Shown here: piece by piece, positions 26,366 to 38,865 of the stretch
Numbering within the stretch: the stretch's first letter is position 1
How the letters are laid out: each line of letters begins with the position of its first letter
The notes under the pieces: model-generated
Told to the model about the DNA's origin: nothing
Database searches by the model: none
Seen by the model: the letters and a program-made list of their open reading frames with translations, nothing else
NCBI GenBank assembly: GCA_050084985.1
Contig: JBITNC010000002.1
Coordinates: 6,820,001-6,884,000, forward strand
Reading direction: 5' to 3'
From: Nageia nagi
Taxonomy: Eukaryota; Plantae; Pinophyta
Length of the DNA: 64,000 nucleotides
Position numbers and translations under genes: made by a program

Positions 26366-28169
26366 AATTTTAAGCTTTTTTTACCAAATTTGGGGTTTTT
26401 ACCAAGAATTTGGTAAATTCTTTGAGTTTTTAACAATTTATCTAGAAATTTGGTACAAAAACCCTAATAAATTACAAAATTCTAAAGAATTTGAAAAAAT
26501 CTTACAAAGTTTTTACCAAATTTTAGATAATTTGGTAAAAATCCTAGAGAATTTGGTAAAAAACCTATGTTCTTTTCTAAATCCTTTAAAATTTTTCCTA
26601 AAACCCTAGGGTTTTTACTTGTTTTAGGTATATTTAACATGCCCTATATTTTTTTACTTCAATTTTTGCATTTAAGAATAAAAAATTTAAAATCTACAAG
26701 AAAAAATGAAAATTTGCTAAAATGTGGTAGAAAAATCTTACTTGGTTGAGAAATCTGCAAAACATTTGGTAGAATATTGTAGAGAACCCCCTTCTTACTT
26801 TTCTTCTCCAAGTATCAATTTTTTTCTATTTTAGAATGTATGGAAGGAAAGTGATGGGTTTGTGGGATTAGATTTATTTCATTTAAGAGTTACAGTTGCT
26901 TCCTAATGGTATGGTTGACATGCTATTTCATCAGAATCTATGTCATAAGCACCGTCAAGTTTACAATCAAGAAATTAGAAATTAACATCAAGAATAACGT
27001 CAAGAAAATTAAAAAAATGAAAATTAGATCCTTGACAAGGCCTAGTGAAAAAAACATCAAAAGTTAAAATTAAAAAAATACCTAACTTTATGCCTAATGC
27101 TTGATGCCTATTTTCTTGTAGTGTTCTCCCAATGTCTTTGGTTTAAATATTCACAAGCTTCTTCACATATGGTATTGAAGTTTTTAAAACACTTCTTACA
27201 CTATACACTATCTCCCTCTAAGAGTATAAAGAATATATGGAATTTTCTCATCATATTTATTTACAAACATGTACTAGAACACATGTTAGACCACCCATAA
27301 AATACATGTGACCATATAATGGTGATCTCACTACAACACTATATGATCAACCTAATACATGAAGAATAACATAGAATGACTATGATGTTATTCATTCTAC
27401 ACTTTACGATTTTGAATACAAAAAGAAAAGAAGTATGTGATTGAAATTATTCACTATTCATGGTCTAGTATGCTCCACACATGGTAGTAACCAATCCCAA
27501 TAATGGTTCAAATCTTTTCCTTCTCTTTCTCTCTTCTTCTTCTTCTCTCTTTCCCACTTGAGTTTTATAATGGAGTCTCCTATAAGATAAAAAAATGTAA
27601 CTAATGTCTCTTGGAATGCAGATGATGCTTCAGATTTCCCAAGGACTCCAAACACTTCAAGTTCCTCAAAAAATGAGTTAGGGATAAGATTATTTATGAT
27701 CATTTTCTAACAGAAATAAGTCATTGGTGGTCTTATTCCTACATAATTTGGTCACCAAATTTTAGAAATATGCTTGATTTTGACTATGGTAGATGTTGGT
27801 GATGGTTATCTCCCACTACAATACAAAACTAGCTACGCATAAGGGCACACATAAGGGATATCTAAATAATATTTTAAATACAAATAGTGTTATACAACAT
27901 CAGTTATGCAGTAACAATATTTTGTTTCATTTTATGATGCTAAATTTAACACCTCATGATGGTATAGATGATGTTAATGTTGACGTCAATTTTGATAAAA
28001 TATTTGATTTATTTGACATCACATTTGACATCCTTGTTGATATAATTTAATTAAAATATGACGTTAGAAATGATGCCAAGTATGATGCTATATCCCACTA
28101 CTAAACTAGTTTGATTTGTTTTGATGTTGGTGTAAATATTTTTGGGTGTTTTCAAAAAATTACAATAGG

Positions 28170-29152
28170 TTAAGGTTTAGGGTTTTAGGTTTTTTAAGGG
28201 TTTAGGATTTTAGGTTTTTAAGGGTTTAGAGTTTTAGTTTTTTAAGGGTACATAAGGTTTGGGTTTTATAGTTCAAGGCTTTAGGGTTTTAAGGGTTTAG
28301 GGTTAATGTAGGGTAATTTAGGGGTTATAGTGCATAGACCCATAAAAACATCAATACTTAAAACCAAGCCAACACTTGGAATACCTTGAGGATATGTTTG
28401 AGCATAGGGATCACTACATTTGTGTCATTTCCATAGGGCCTTTCCACATTAAATATTATTTATACCGTTAGTGGGAATTGCTTAATTTGGGTGCATTTTT
28501 TTCTTTCACATCTTCATTTTAATGAAAACAAAAGAGGGCCAATGCATGGATTGCAATTTGACCATCAAAGAAAATGTTAGCATTGTGGGTATTGTCCTAG
28601 AGAAGAAAATTTAATTTTGTGGTCTTGTGGGCATTCTCCTAGACAACTTGATCATGGCATGGGATAATATATTACACCCCAATTTGAAAAAGCATGCTCT
28701 ACCTAGAATAGTAGTGTAATTAGTTTTATTATAAGTTCATCTTTTCTTGTTATCTTTTTCTTATGTTCAAGATGATAAGGAAAGGTTAATCATTATCTCA
28801 CATGCAATAACTAATGCATTCATTGTACTAGGTGGATGTTGATTAATTTAGGGTTTAGGATTTTAGGGTTTAAGGTTTATAGTTTAATTAGGATTTTAGG
28901 GATTTAGGGTTAGGATTTTGGGTGTAAGGTTTCAGGGTTTAAGCATTTAGGGATTAGGATTTTGGTTTTAGGGTTTTATGATTTAGGGGTTTAGGGTTTA
29001 TAGTTTCAAGGTTTTAGGGTTTATGGTTTTAAGGGTTTAGGTTTAAGGTTTTAGGGGTTTAAGGTTTAGGGTTTTATGATTTAGGGGTTTAGGGTCTATG
29101 GTTTTAGGAGTTTATGGTTTAAGGGTTTAAGATTTTCAAGATTTAGGGTTTA
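28170..29152. repeat. Degenerate (TTTAGGG)n tracts (28170-28325 and 28848-29152) separated by about 520 bp of unique sequence
   Basis: GGTTTAGGGTTTTAGG variants. Confidence 0.9.
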
Positions 29153-29389
29153 AATTTAAATGCATTAATTTCAAATACATTAAATGTATTAATCAAATAA
29201 ATTTAAAAATTCAAAGAATATTTAAAAATATTTTATAATCACCAAAAAGTAATAGGTATGTCATAATGGTACATAAAATCATATAAAATGTAAGTAACTC
29301 ATATAAATTCAAAATAACAATATATTGATGGTTATATATATTCAATGTATCATAAGATAACATCAAAACATATTTCCATAGTTCAATAA

Positions 29390-29823
29390 TACAATCTCTA
29401 ACTATCATCTTCATCAATAGGAAGTACAATATGTTTTCCTCCTGGTCGCAACTCATTACAAACAACCATTTCTTATCCAATACATATAAAATAAAAAAAT
29501 ATTTGATTGCAATGTTGTGGTAAAACATCAGGCTCTTTATCTTAATATTGCATGGAGTTGATAACACATTAACCACTAGTTCATCATATAAGTTTGTTCG
29601 TCTATAAAATTCTTACAACCATTTACATATAAATAATATACACTAGAATGATCTATAATCCAATTGAATAATTTCTTAGATTTTTATAATATATTGTACT
29701 TTTTCCTTTATCTAATTTGTATCTTTTGTACTTGCACGACTTGCATGATCAACTTCAACCATGACTCCATAATCAAATATCCTTCTTTTTTCATCATTCT
29801 TTACAATTCTGAAGTGTTGTCCA
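29390..29823 (-). pseudogene. CACTA Tnp2 transposase 3' part (DUF4216-like)
   Basis: GQHFRIVKNDEKRRIFDYGVMVE, EIIQLDYRSF, DKEPDVLPQHCNQIFF..DKKWLFV. Confidence 0.8.
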
Positions 29824-30581
29824 TGTTATTGCATAAAATTTATTTATGCATTTAAATAAATGCATTCATTTGCACTAATGCATGCCTAGAATATTTAATG
29901 TATTCATATCAACGCTTATCTTGAATATGGTTATAATGTCAATGTTTATTTTGAATATATTGTTGTCTTGAATATCGATATGTATTATGGGCTAACCCTG
30001 TTTATGTAGGTACATGCCAACCTAAGGAGTAGGTCATATTATTATCTATATAAATAGGGATCGAATAGTAAGTTCACATCAAAGGAGATACATGATCCCA
30101 TATCTGATCTTGGTGGTGGCAATCCTTTAGGTGTCTTTTGACATCGCCATTCAAGGTTGTGGTTTATGTACTTCCTTACACAAGTTATTCTGACATAGGT
30201 AATCTATATTCTGATTGAAACATCTATATGCAAATTATTAAATTGATTTGAAAGCAAAGAACACTCTAACGAAGATCATCGATGCTCTTCTTGTACAACA
30301 TATAGATCACCTATAGTCCTCTTTTTGTGGCATTTCAGTTTATAGCTTTTGGAGCAAGATTTCTCTACCATCCACATATCATAATTCTTCGATGTTAGGT
30401 ACACTTCATAAGGTAAGTATACAAATCACAATTCTTGATTGGTATTGTCATCGTAATTCTAGAGTGGTTATCTTCTTCATCTATTTTGTTGTATGATCTA
30501 AATTGCTATCCATAGCTTGAAATAGGTATTTTAGGTTTTATAATTATTTATTTATTTGCATTCTCAAAATATTTGTAAACA
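29824..30581 (+). repeat. 5' LTR (758 bp, TG...CA)
   Basis: TGTTATTGCATAAAA...TGTAAACA; TATATAAATA at about 30048. Confidence 0.95.
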
Positions 30582-30583
30582 TT

Positions 30584-30601
30584 TGGTGAACCTGATGTGA
30601 A
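30584..30601 (+). other. Primer binding site complementary to tRNA-Trp 3' end
   Basis: TGGTGAACCTGATGTGAA vs TGGTGAACCCGACGTGAA (reverse complement of plant cytosolic tRNA-Trp end, from memory); both differences are CpG to TpG. Confidence 0.8.
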
Positions 30602-31199
30602 CCTTAACTTCTGAAAATATGAACAATTCATTAGATCGTTTACCATTAAATCAATCAAAACTTGAACCAACTAAAAGAAAAAGAAAATCATGAAAAGGTG
30701 TAACATCAATAAGAAAAAATGCTAGGTTAAATAAAGATAGTGTCCCTTTGGCTATTGAAACCAATTTTTTGATGATGAATCTTATCATGGAGATTTTGAA
30801 GATAATGATAACCTTGGTAAAATAAGCATAAATATAACAGATGATTAATCTTATCATGGGGACTTAGAAGATAATGAGAGCCTTGAAAAAGAAATAATCC
30901 AACCTTTTGAAAATAAATTTCAATTAACCCTTTATCGATCTAAAAAATCTAATAATCTAAACCTAATGGAAGATAAATTAAGGCTAGTACAAGAATTCAT
31001 AAAACTCTCTAAGTTATTCTATAGGTTTACCAGAGATCCTATCATACCTCATTCATTACATATCATCTATGAATTTTTGATAGAAAATAATTCTAGGTCA
31101 TCTTCTAGGATACTACTAGTTAAGCCGCACCTCTTTACATACACCTTAGTCAATACAAGATTGTTCGTGGTCTAAATCCTGTTGAAATGGATCACCCAT

Positions 31200-32665
31200 G
31201 ACCCATTTTTCCTATGGAAAGCCATGTTAATTTTTGTATGCTTTGTCCTTCCATCCCTAAGTCAAACCTTCAGCAATCTGCATCATCCTTAACACTTATG
31301 AAAAATTTAAAAAGTTATGAATCAATAACACCAAAAGAAGCTAATTATGAACATTTGGATGATGAGTTGGTTGAATTTGATGATGAGTCAAATAATGAAA
31401 TAGAAATAGAATTTGAAATTGATATTATTGCACAAGGACTTATCAATGCTTACCCTTACTGGTCAGATAGAGAAAAAGAGATTAAAGATATAAATGTGAG
31501 AAAAATAATAGGCACATAATCCTATCGAAAAACTCAATTATGTGTAAGATATGTAATCATAAGAGAGTTAGATAATCAACTGATTCAAGAATGGAGAGAT
31601 TAAAATGGAAGATTCAATCTTGAAACACCTAAATATGAGAATGAGGAAAAATTTGAAAAACCTGATCCTCTAAAGAAAAAGAAAACCCATGACAATATAA
31701 CTATGCAAAATGAAAAAGAAAAATCGGAGAAAAGAATGTCCCAACTAAAATAAATGGTTGAACAACAAAAGAGGCTAACATTATTAAGTATAGAAAAATA
31801 AGGTGAATAGCTAAATGAAATGCATCCCTTTTGTGCAAAAATAAAAGCCAAAACATAGGAAGGGGAAGACATAGATTTCAACAAATATGATGGCATCAGT
31901 GATCCAAGGATACATATCATAATCTTTGAGGAAGTAGCTTGTAACCATCAACATGATGCAGATATGTTAGCATGATTATTTTAGTTTAGTTTAGGGAATG
32001 AAGCTTTTGAATGGTTTTACAATCTTGAAAATCAAAGTATCACTAGCTATGAGCAATTAAAACAAGAGTTCATAAATCAATATCAACACAATATAAAAAG
32101 AAAACCAACCCTTGTAGATTTAGCGAGAATAAGAAAAAGTGAGCATCAATCACTTAATGAATTTGTTTAAGCATGGAAGAAAATAGCCACATTCATAAAT
32201 TTGAACAAAAAAGAGCTAAAGCATATGTTGATAAAATCCCTTAGAGATGAGATGATATTGGAATTTTTTAACTATCTAGAGCAACCCCTCTCTGAGATGA
32301 TTATGTCCATGATTCGAAAAGAGAAGCACCTAGTGAAAATCGATTCTTGAAAATTTAATTGAGAAGAAAGAAAACCATTAACTATGAAAATGATAGCAAC
32401 AATTATAGTGGCAAAAGAAATGTCTTGTCTATCTAAGCATAAAACTCCTAGAGTATACACCAAGATTGTAGAAGACCATGATGAGTTGTTACAATCATTG
32501 TTTCAAAAGGGTTTGATTCAACTACCACCCATGAATCAAAAGTCACTAAAACTATAGGTGGATTTTGTGGATATCATATAATTCATGGACACAAAATTTG
32601 TGAATGCAAAAAGTTTAAAGACATTTTCCAAGATTTAGTAGACAAAAAAATAATATCATTCAAAA
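31200..32665 (+). pseudogene. Retrotransposon gag relic
   Basis: FNKYDGISDPRIHI, FSLGNEAFEWFYNL..SITSYEQLKQEFINQY, FCGYHIIHGHKICECKKFKDIFQDLVDKKIISF. Confidence 0.88.
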
Positions 32666-33259
32666 AACCAAAAGAATAAAAAAAGAATCTCGTACATGTA
32701 GATAATGAGAAATTGGGGATTTATAAGAACCCCATGCCACAGCACAATGTAGGAATATTGTATGCAAAAAAAATATGATGAAAAATCCAATTTTGATAGG
32801 GGTGCAATAAGAAAAACAACGAAATGAAGCCAATACTAGTGGGGGCACAAGGCCCTCTGGTTATGTCATTTGGTAAACATGCATGATCATACGAACACTA
32901 ATAGAACTGATAGTAGGATAGATAAACTAATCAACGTCATGATGGAAAAAATGAGGGATCATTTTGATGTCATAATAGGAGCATTGGTGCTCTATTTTTG
33001 TCAAAATCATAAATAAATTTTGTTAAATTTAAAATTAATGATTACACCTTTATGTGGAGTTTTTGCTCTTAAATCACTACATCTTTATAGGCCTTTTGAT
33101 GTAGAGTGAATCATAAATACATGTCACAAACAACAAAGTAAATAAACAAAAAATCATCTTTTATATATCATAAAAAGGTTAATCATTTTACAAAATCTCA
33201 ACATGGCTAAGTGATCCTAATATATTTAGAACTATCATCTCCTAGAAGGACCTTCTCCC

Positions 33260-35230
33260 CCTACACTAAAACTAGTAGCCCTACTAGAGCCACTACCCCC
33301 ACACTTAGCCTTGTACTTCTTGACCCTCGCTTTATCTTCACTTGCTTGTCTCTCAAACTTACACAACTACTCATAAAGATCTTGAATTCATGCATTTGCT
33401 CTTTGTAGATCCTAGTATAGGCTAGTGTAGTCTCCTCCTCCATATCATAGCTATCTTTGTAGATCTCTAATTTCAGCATCCTTTTTCTCAATAAGCCTAT
33501 GTAGCTGAGTCATGTCTTATTCTGGATCCTCATCATCTGCATATAACATGAAAATCACATATCAATATTGCATGCATTTTACAAATAAGAATAAAAATAT
33601 ATATATAAGATAAAAAGAATATGTATCATCATCATCATCCTCATCCTCAGTCACATCTGTATCCTCCTCTGTGTCAAGTTCATATTTATCCTGGTCTGGG
33701 TTAGTCTCCTTATTATCATCATGATTGGCATCTAGTGTCTCATCATGTGTATCACTCATGTCATATGAGCCCCATCCTAATTATGTGTACCTTGTGTCCC
33801 ATCTTGTCTAGTATCCCTTACTGTATCCCAAACTACCAAAGTACTTGCTCTAGTTTGTATGGCTCAATTAGTACCCTACATGCTTGGATATATGTCAAGT
33901 ATCTCACCCAGGTTAACTCATGCATATCCTTGATCAACTTTGAGGCATATTTATAGGGACATTAGTACATCTATGACTCCTTGAGTATATTAAATCGTAT
34001 CCTCCATCCTTGTAGGTTGACATTAGGAAAGTCAAGACCATGTGTAGTTGCCCATCGCTGTCATGTGGGCACATCATCAGGTAGATACAACGATAGAGAA
34101 GCTGATCTAGAGATACCTATGTGATCATAGGCCCATACCTATAGTATCATGGAGTGAGCCACCTATCTCTCCCCTCTCACCACCTCAACAAATGAATGTA
34201 AATCATGATATAACTATGCCAAAATAGCCAAGCACCATGCATATCGTTGCTCATGTAGGACCATGTTTATGATAATGAAAACCATTCCCACAGGAAATAT
34301 CTCATTGTTCTTATCTGGATAGATAACAACATCTAGTAAGAAAGCAATAAGGAGCCTCAACCGTAGGCTAGCCCATGCTAGACGATCCTCTAGTGCATGT
34401 CTCATTAGAAAAACTCCCTTCTTCTTATGGTTCATCTCATTTGAGGCTGTAAGGCATGTAGCCACTCCTCTACTTATTACATGCTAATAATAGGATCATG
34501 TTCACCAACTTACCTCTAATAGGCAACCTAGTGATCCTGTAGATATCCTCAAGTGTCATTGTAATCTCCCCGATGGGTAAGTGAAAGGTGTTGGAATTAG
34601 GATCCCACCTCTCCATCAAAGCCATCAACATATCTCAATCATGATAAATGTAATAAACAAAGGCCAAATAACTTAAAGAAATAGCCTCGAGCATGCTCCA
34701 ACTCTCCTTTGATTGGGACCATTATTGTGCAATAGTAAAAGTAATACTCTTTCCAAAAGCCCTCATGTAATAACTACGATCCTAGCAAAAATACCTAAAA
34801 AGTAATATTAGTTCCAATAATTAATGTTTTTTTTTAGTTTTGCAAAATAATAAAAGAAGATCGCCCATGGTCCAAACTATAGTAAAAAAATATTGCAGAT
34901 GCTCCAAACTAGGGAAAAAGAGACTGCCAACGACCCTCTTCCTGTACAGAAAAATGACAAAAGTTCATGTGCAAAGTTGTATAAAAAAATCAACCTTATC
35001 ACGAAGGTAAAAAAATAAAAAGCAATACTAAAAGTTAAAAATAAAATCAAAGGTATTCTACTGGTAAAACCCTAGGAACAAAATACAAAACTTATAGCAA
35101 AACTATAAAAACATAGGGAAAATCAATAATGCACCAAAGAAAAGATAGGTAAAGATGATTTACCTGATGACCAGCAAGAGAGTTCATCACCAAAGCAGCT
35201 CTATGTCCCTCTCAACATGTGATCAGTAAA
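33260..35230 (-). pseudogene. Antisense plant mobile domain (PMD, aminotransferase-like, PF10536) gene with apparent introns
   Basis: LMALMERWDPNSNTFHLPIG / ITMTLEDIYRITRLPIRG (34510-34630), YAWCLAILA.LYHDL, VWAYDHI; donor CAG|GTAAAT at 35163, acceptor TTTTGCTAG at 34782, acceptor TGCAG near 33537; acidic and coiled-coil tail. Confidence 0.88.
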
Positions 35231-35689
35231 GCCATGATAAGAAGATGTGAAAAAGAAGTAGAATCAATCATAGGTTGATAGTAGTAGAGCAAAGAACAGG
35301 CACTCACTGAATAGATTCTCAAAACTTCTAAGCACTCTCCACTCTAAAAATGCAAGCAAGTGATAATGAAAGAAGGGATCAACCATCTTTTATAAGATTT
35401 CAAGAGCACATATCCCTAGATAGTCTTGATTTATGTACCTATGGATTACAAGTAGGTAAACAAAGCAATCAATCAAAATCAATAAGAAATATGCCATTGT
35501 ACAAGTTTTACAATTTTCAAAAATTTCTTAAGAAAAGGATCACCTATGACCTTTTTTTGTTGTTAAGGATCGCCGATGGTGTGCTTATGTCAAAATAGAT
35601 CACCTACATTCTTTATTTTGTCATATTGAATATCCTGATTTGCTAGACACGATGAAGAATTATCTATATGGCTATATCTTGAATCGCAT

Positions 35690-36160
35690 TTTTTATATTC
35701 CTCTTGGCATGAAGTTTTAGCTCCCACATATACATCATGGTTCTTCAGCATGAAGTTTCAGGCTTTATCACATATTATCATGCCTCTTGACATAGAGTTT
35801 CAACTCTCATCATCATATCATGTCTCTTGGTGTAGATTTTCAGCTCTCATTATCATGTCATGCCTCTTGGCGTAGAGTTTCAGCTCTCATCATCATATCA
35901 TGCCTCTTGGCATAGAGCTTCAACTCTCGTCATCATATCATGCCTCTTAGTGTAGAGTTTCAGCTCTCATCTTCATATCATGCCTCTTGGTGTAGAGTTT
36001 TAGCTCTCATCATCATATCATGCCTTTTGGCATAGAATTTTAGCTCTCATCATCATATCATGCCTCTTGATGTAGAGTTTTAGCTCTCATCATCATATCA
36101 TGCCTCTTGGCACAAAATTTCAACTCTCATATTATCATGCCTCTTGGCGTGGAGTTAAGC
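35690..36160. repeat. 40-bp tandem array (about 10-11 units) upstream of the PPT
   Basis: CATCATATCATGCCTCTTGGYRTAGAGTTTYAGCTCTCAT with exact 40-bp period from 35801 to 36130. Confidence 0.95.
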
Positions 36161-36237
36161 TCCCAGTCTATAGTATGCTATTCATTCATGTTTTTCAAGG
36201 TTGTCATATATCATATGTTGTCTTATCGATAAGGTCT

Positions 36238-36318
36238 TGGTTTGGTCATGTGTTGTCATGTATGGTCATGTGTTATCATGTGTGGTCATGTGTTGTCATG
36301 TGTGGTCATGTGTTATCT
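36238..36318. repeat. 10-bp tandem repeat TGTGKKTCAT-like
   Basis: TGGTCATGTG TTGTCATGTA TGGTCATGTG TTATCATGTG... Confidence 0.85.
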
Positions 36319-36556
36319 GTATCATGATAAGAGGCAGATTGAAAAATATCATAGTAGGGAGTTTTCTCAACCCATATCTAGCTTTTACATGTTATTGCTA
36401 TATTACAATCTTTGTTGAAGTTCAGATTAATTAGTGTTGGTATTATGCTTATCAATGCTTGCTAATATTTCATTGCTATGACATTTTGATTTGTATTGTG
36501 AATGAAAAATATCAATGCACCTAATGATATCAATTTCTCATCCAAAGTGGGGCATC

Positions 36557-37318
36557 TGTTATCGCATAAAATTTATTTACATGTTTAAATAAATGCATTC
36601 GTTTGCACTAATGCATACCTAGAATATTTAATGTATTGATATCAATGCTTATCTTGAATATGGTTATAATGTTAATGTTTATTTTGAATATATTGTTGTC
36701 TTGAATATCAATATGTATTGTGGACTAACCTGTTTATGCAGGTATATGTTGACCTAAGGAGTAGGTCATGTTATTATCTATATAAATAAGGATCTAATAA
36801 TAAGACCACATCAAGGAGCTACATGATCCTACATCTGGTCTTGGTGGTGGCAATCCTTTAGATGTTTCTCGATGTCGCCATTCAAGGCTATGGTTTGTGT
36901 ACTTCCTTACACAAGTTATTATGACATCGATAATCTATATTCTAATTGAAACATCTATATGCAAATTATTGACTTGATTTGAAAGCAAAGAAGAATTTGA
37001 CGAAGACTATCGACACTCCTCTTGTAAAACATATAGACCGCCTGCGATCCTCTTTTCATGGCATTTTAGCTTATAGCTTTTGGAGTAAGATTTCTTTACC
37101 GTCCACATATCAAACATATCATCATTCTTCAATGTCAGGTACATTTCGTAAGGTAAGTATACAAATCATAGTTCTTGATTGGTATTGTCATCCTAATTCT
37201 AAAGTGGTTATCTTCATTTATTTTGTTATATGGTCTAAATTGCTATCCGTAGCTCAAAATAGGTATTTTGGGTTTTATAATTATTTATTTATTTGCATTA
37301 TCAAAATATTTGTAAATA
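36557..37318 (+). repeat. 3' LTR (762 bp)
   Basis: TGTTATCGCATAAAA...TGTAAATA followed by TSD GTCCA. Confidence 0.95.
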
Positions 37319-38860
37319 GTCCATATGCCCACATTGTAGGGAAATGCAATACTTACACATATTTACATGAAACTATTATTAGTGCAATCATTATATTTAT
37401 ATTAATTAGCTATGAAAGTCTTATAAAAATATAAAAAATTATATGCAAATGAATAAAATAATAATTACTATTTTATTGCATCTAATAGCTATATTGTATG
37501 CATCTTCAACTATCCTTCCTCCTCTGCTTTGTTTCTCTTCAATTGCTTGCTTCATCCCTGACCTTGTACACTCTTTTGGCCAATTTTCCTCTCTTAGATG
37601 TGAAGGTAGAGGACCCATTGGATTTACATTACGGAATAAGGCACGTTCTCTTGGAATTGCACTTCTTTTACTATTCTACAATTCAATCCACTCTTTTCAA
37701 TATTCCATATTCATCATGATAAATTGATTTATAGATTCATATTTTTCAAAATATGTAAAATCATGATGCCATCATATATACTCGTTAGTATGCATTGATT
37801 AAATTAAATCCAAAATGCATGTACATATATATGATTATAAATTACTAAACTCTCAAATATTGTTAGATGTACCCGTAAGAGAATATATTGTCCCATTTAT
37901 TTCTAAAACCTCCCCTTCTAATTTATCTTAGTCATCTTGGGGAAAAATTATGGACTTGAGAAATATATTGACTTGCATAAAATTTAGATTCGTATACAAT
38001 GTATCCCTCACCTATAGATCCTTCTGGTCATGATTTTTGTTTAACAAATGGTTTTAGTATTTTCAAAAATCTCTCCATAAAAAATATGTTTCTACCATTT
38101 ATAACACCTGCTATTTCAATATCATCTACTAGATGGATAAACAAGTGCACTTGTATGTCCATAAAAGCAACATACATTTTTTTTTCAAATTTACAAACAA
38201 TTTCTCTACGCCACCTATGTATTTCATGCACATGTATCTCCTTTAAAGTTAACCACATGTTTATGAAAATACAATACTGTTACATGTCAAAATGTAGATA
38301 AACTTTGAACACAATAATAAACACATATTTTATTATCATAAAATAGTACTATTATATAAATGTGACATGATACCTTAGAAAAATTGATATGTCTCAGAGT
38401 AGAAGGTAAACTCACACATCCACAAATTGCAAGTGGAAAAATATTTTGAAAATAATACCATCAAAAGTTTTTCACAATGGATATTAATCATTATATTTTG
38501 AATAAAATATATATCAATATGAATTTAAATATTTCTATATACATATAATATGATAATACATTTAAGAAGTTATGGTAATCATGAGACTTTAATCATGTCA
38601 TTTTACCATCAATAGTGAATGCTCTTCATAAAGATTTTCCATACCCACTTGGTGTTTTAGTGGTTCGAATAACATTGTGTAGTATTGTCACTTATTCTTT
38701 GGTCATAATCCATGTGCAGGGATCAAGTATGTTTATCCATCCATTTGAATTATGAGTTATCCATAAGTAACACTTTGTATTGGTATCTTTTAAATCATTT
38801 CTCACACTATGATTATCTGAATCTTTTGTTGTTGTATACCAATACAAAGAAGATGCAACA
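37319..38860 (-). pseudogene. CACTA Tnp2/TnpD transposase middle part (DUF4218-like), multi-exon; N-terminal part apparently missing
   Basis: CKFEKKMYVAFMDIQVHLFIHLVDDIEIAGVINGRNIFFMERFLKILKPFVKQKS*PEGSIGEGY; IRTTKTPSGYG..; LKSHDYHN; PTMWAYG continues as QHFR across the LTR insertion. Confidence 0.9.
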
Positions 38861-38865
38861 TTCGC

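Larger units (their letters stand above)
20217..27123. mobile_element. Non-autonomous CACTA DNA transposon (about 1.8 kb without the nested Copia)
   Basis: Left TIR CACTACAAGAAAATAG at 20217; right TIR CTATTTTCTTGTAGTG ending at 27123; identical 3-bp TSD TTC; CATCAAG/ACGTC subterminal repeats near both ends. Confidence 0.93.
29824..37318 (+). mobile_element. Non-autonomous Ty3/Gypsy-type (Tat/Athila-like) LTR retrotransposon
   Basis: Two LTRs of about 760 bp; perfect 5-bp TSD GTCCA (29819-29823 and 37319-37323); PBS at 30584; PPT AAAGTGGGGCATC before 36557; gag relic but no RT, RH or INT core. Confidence 0.95.
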
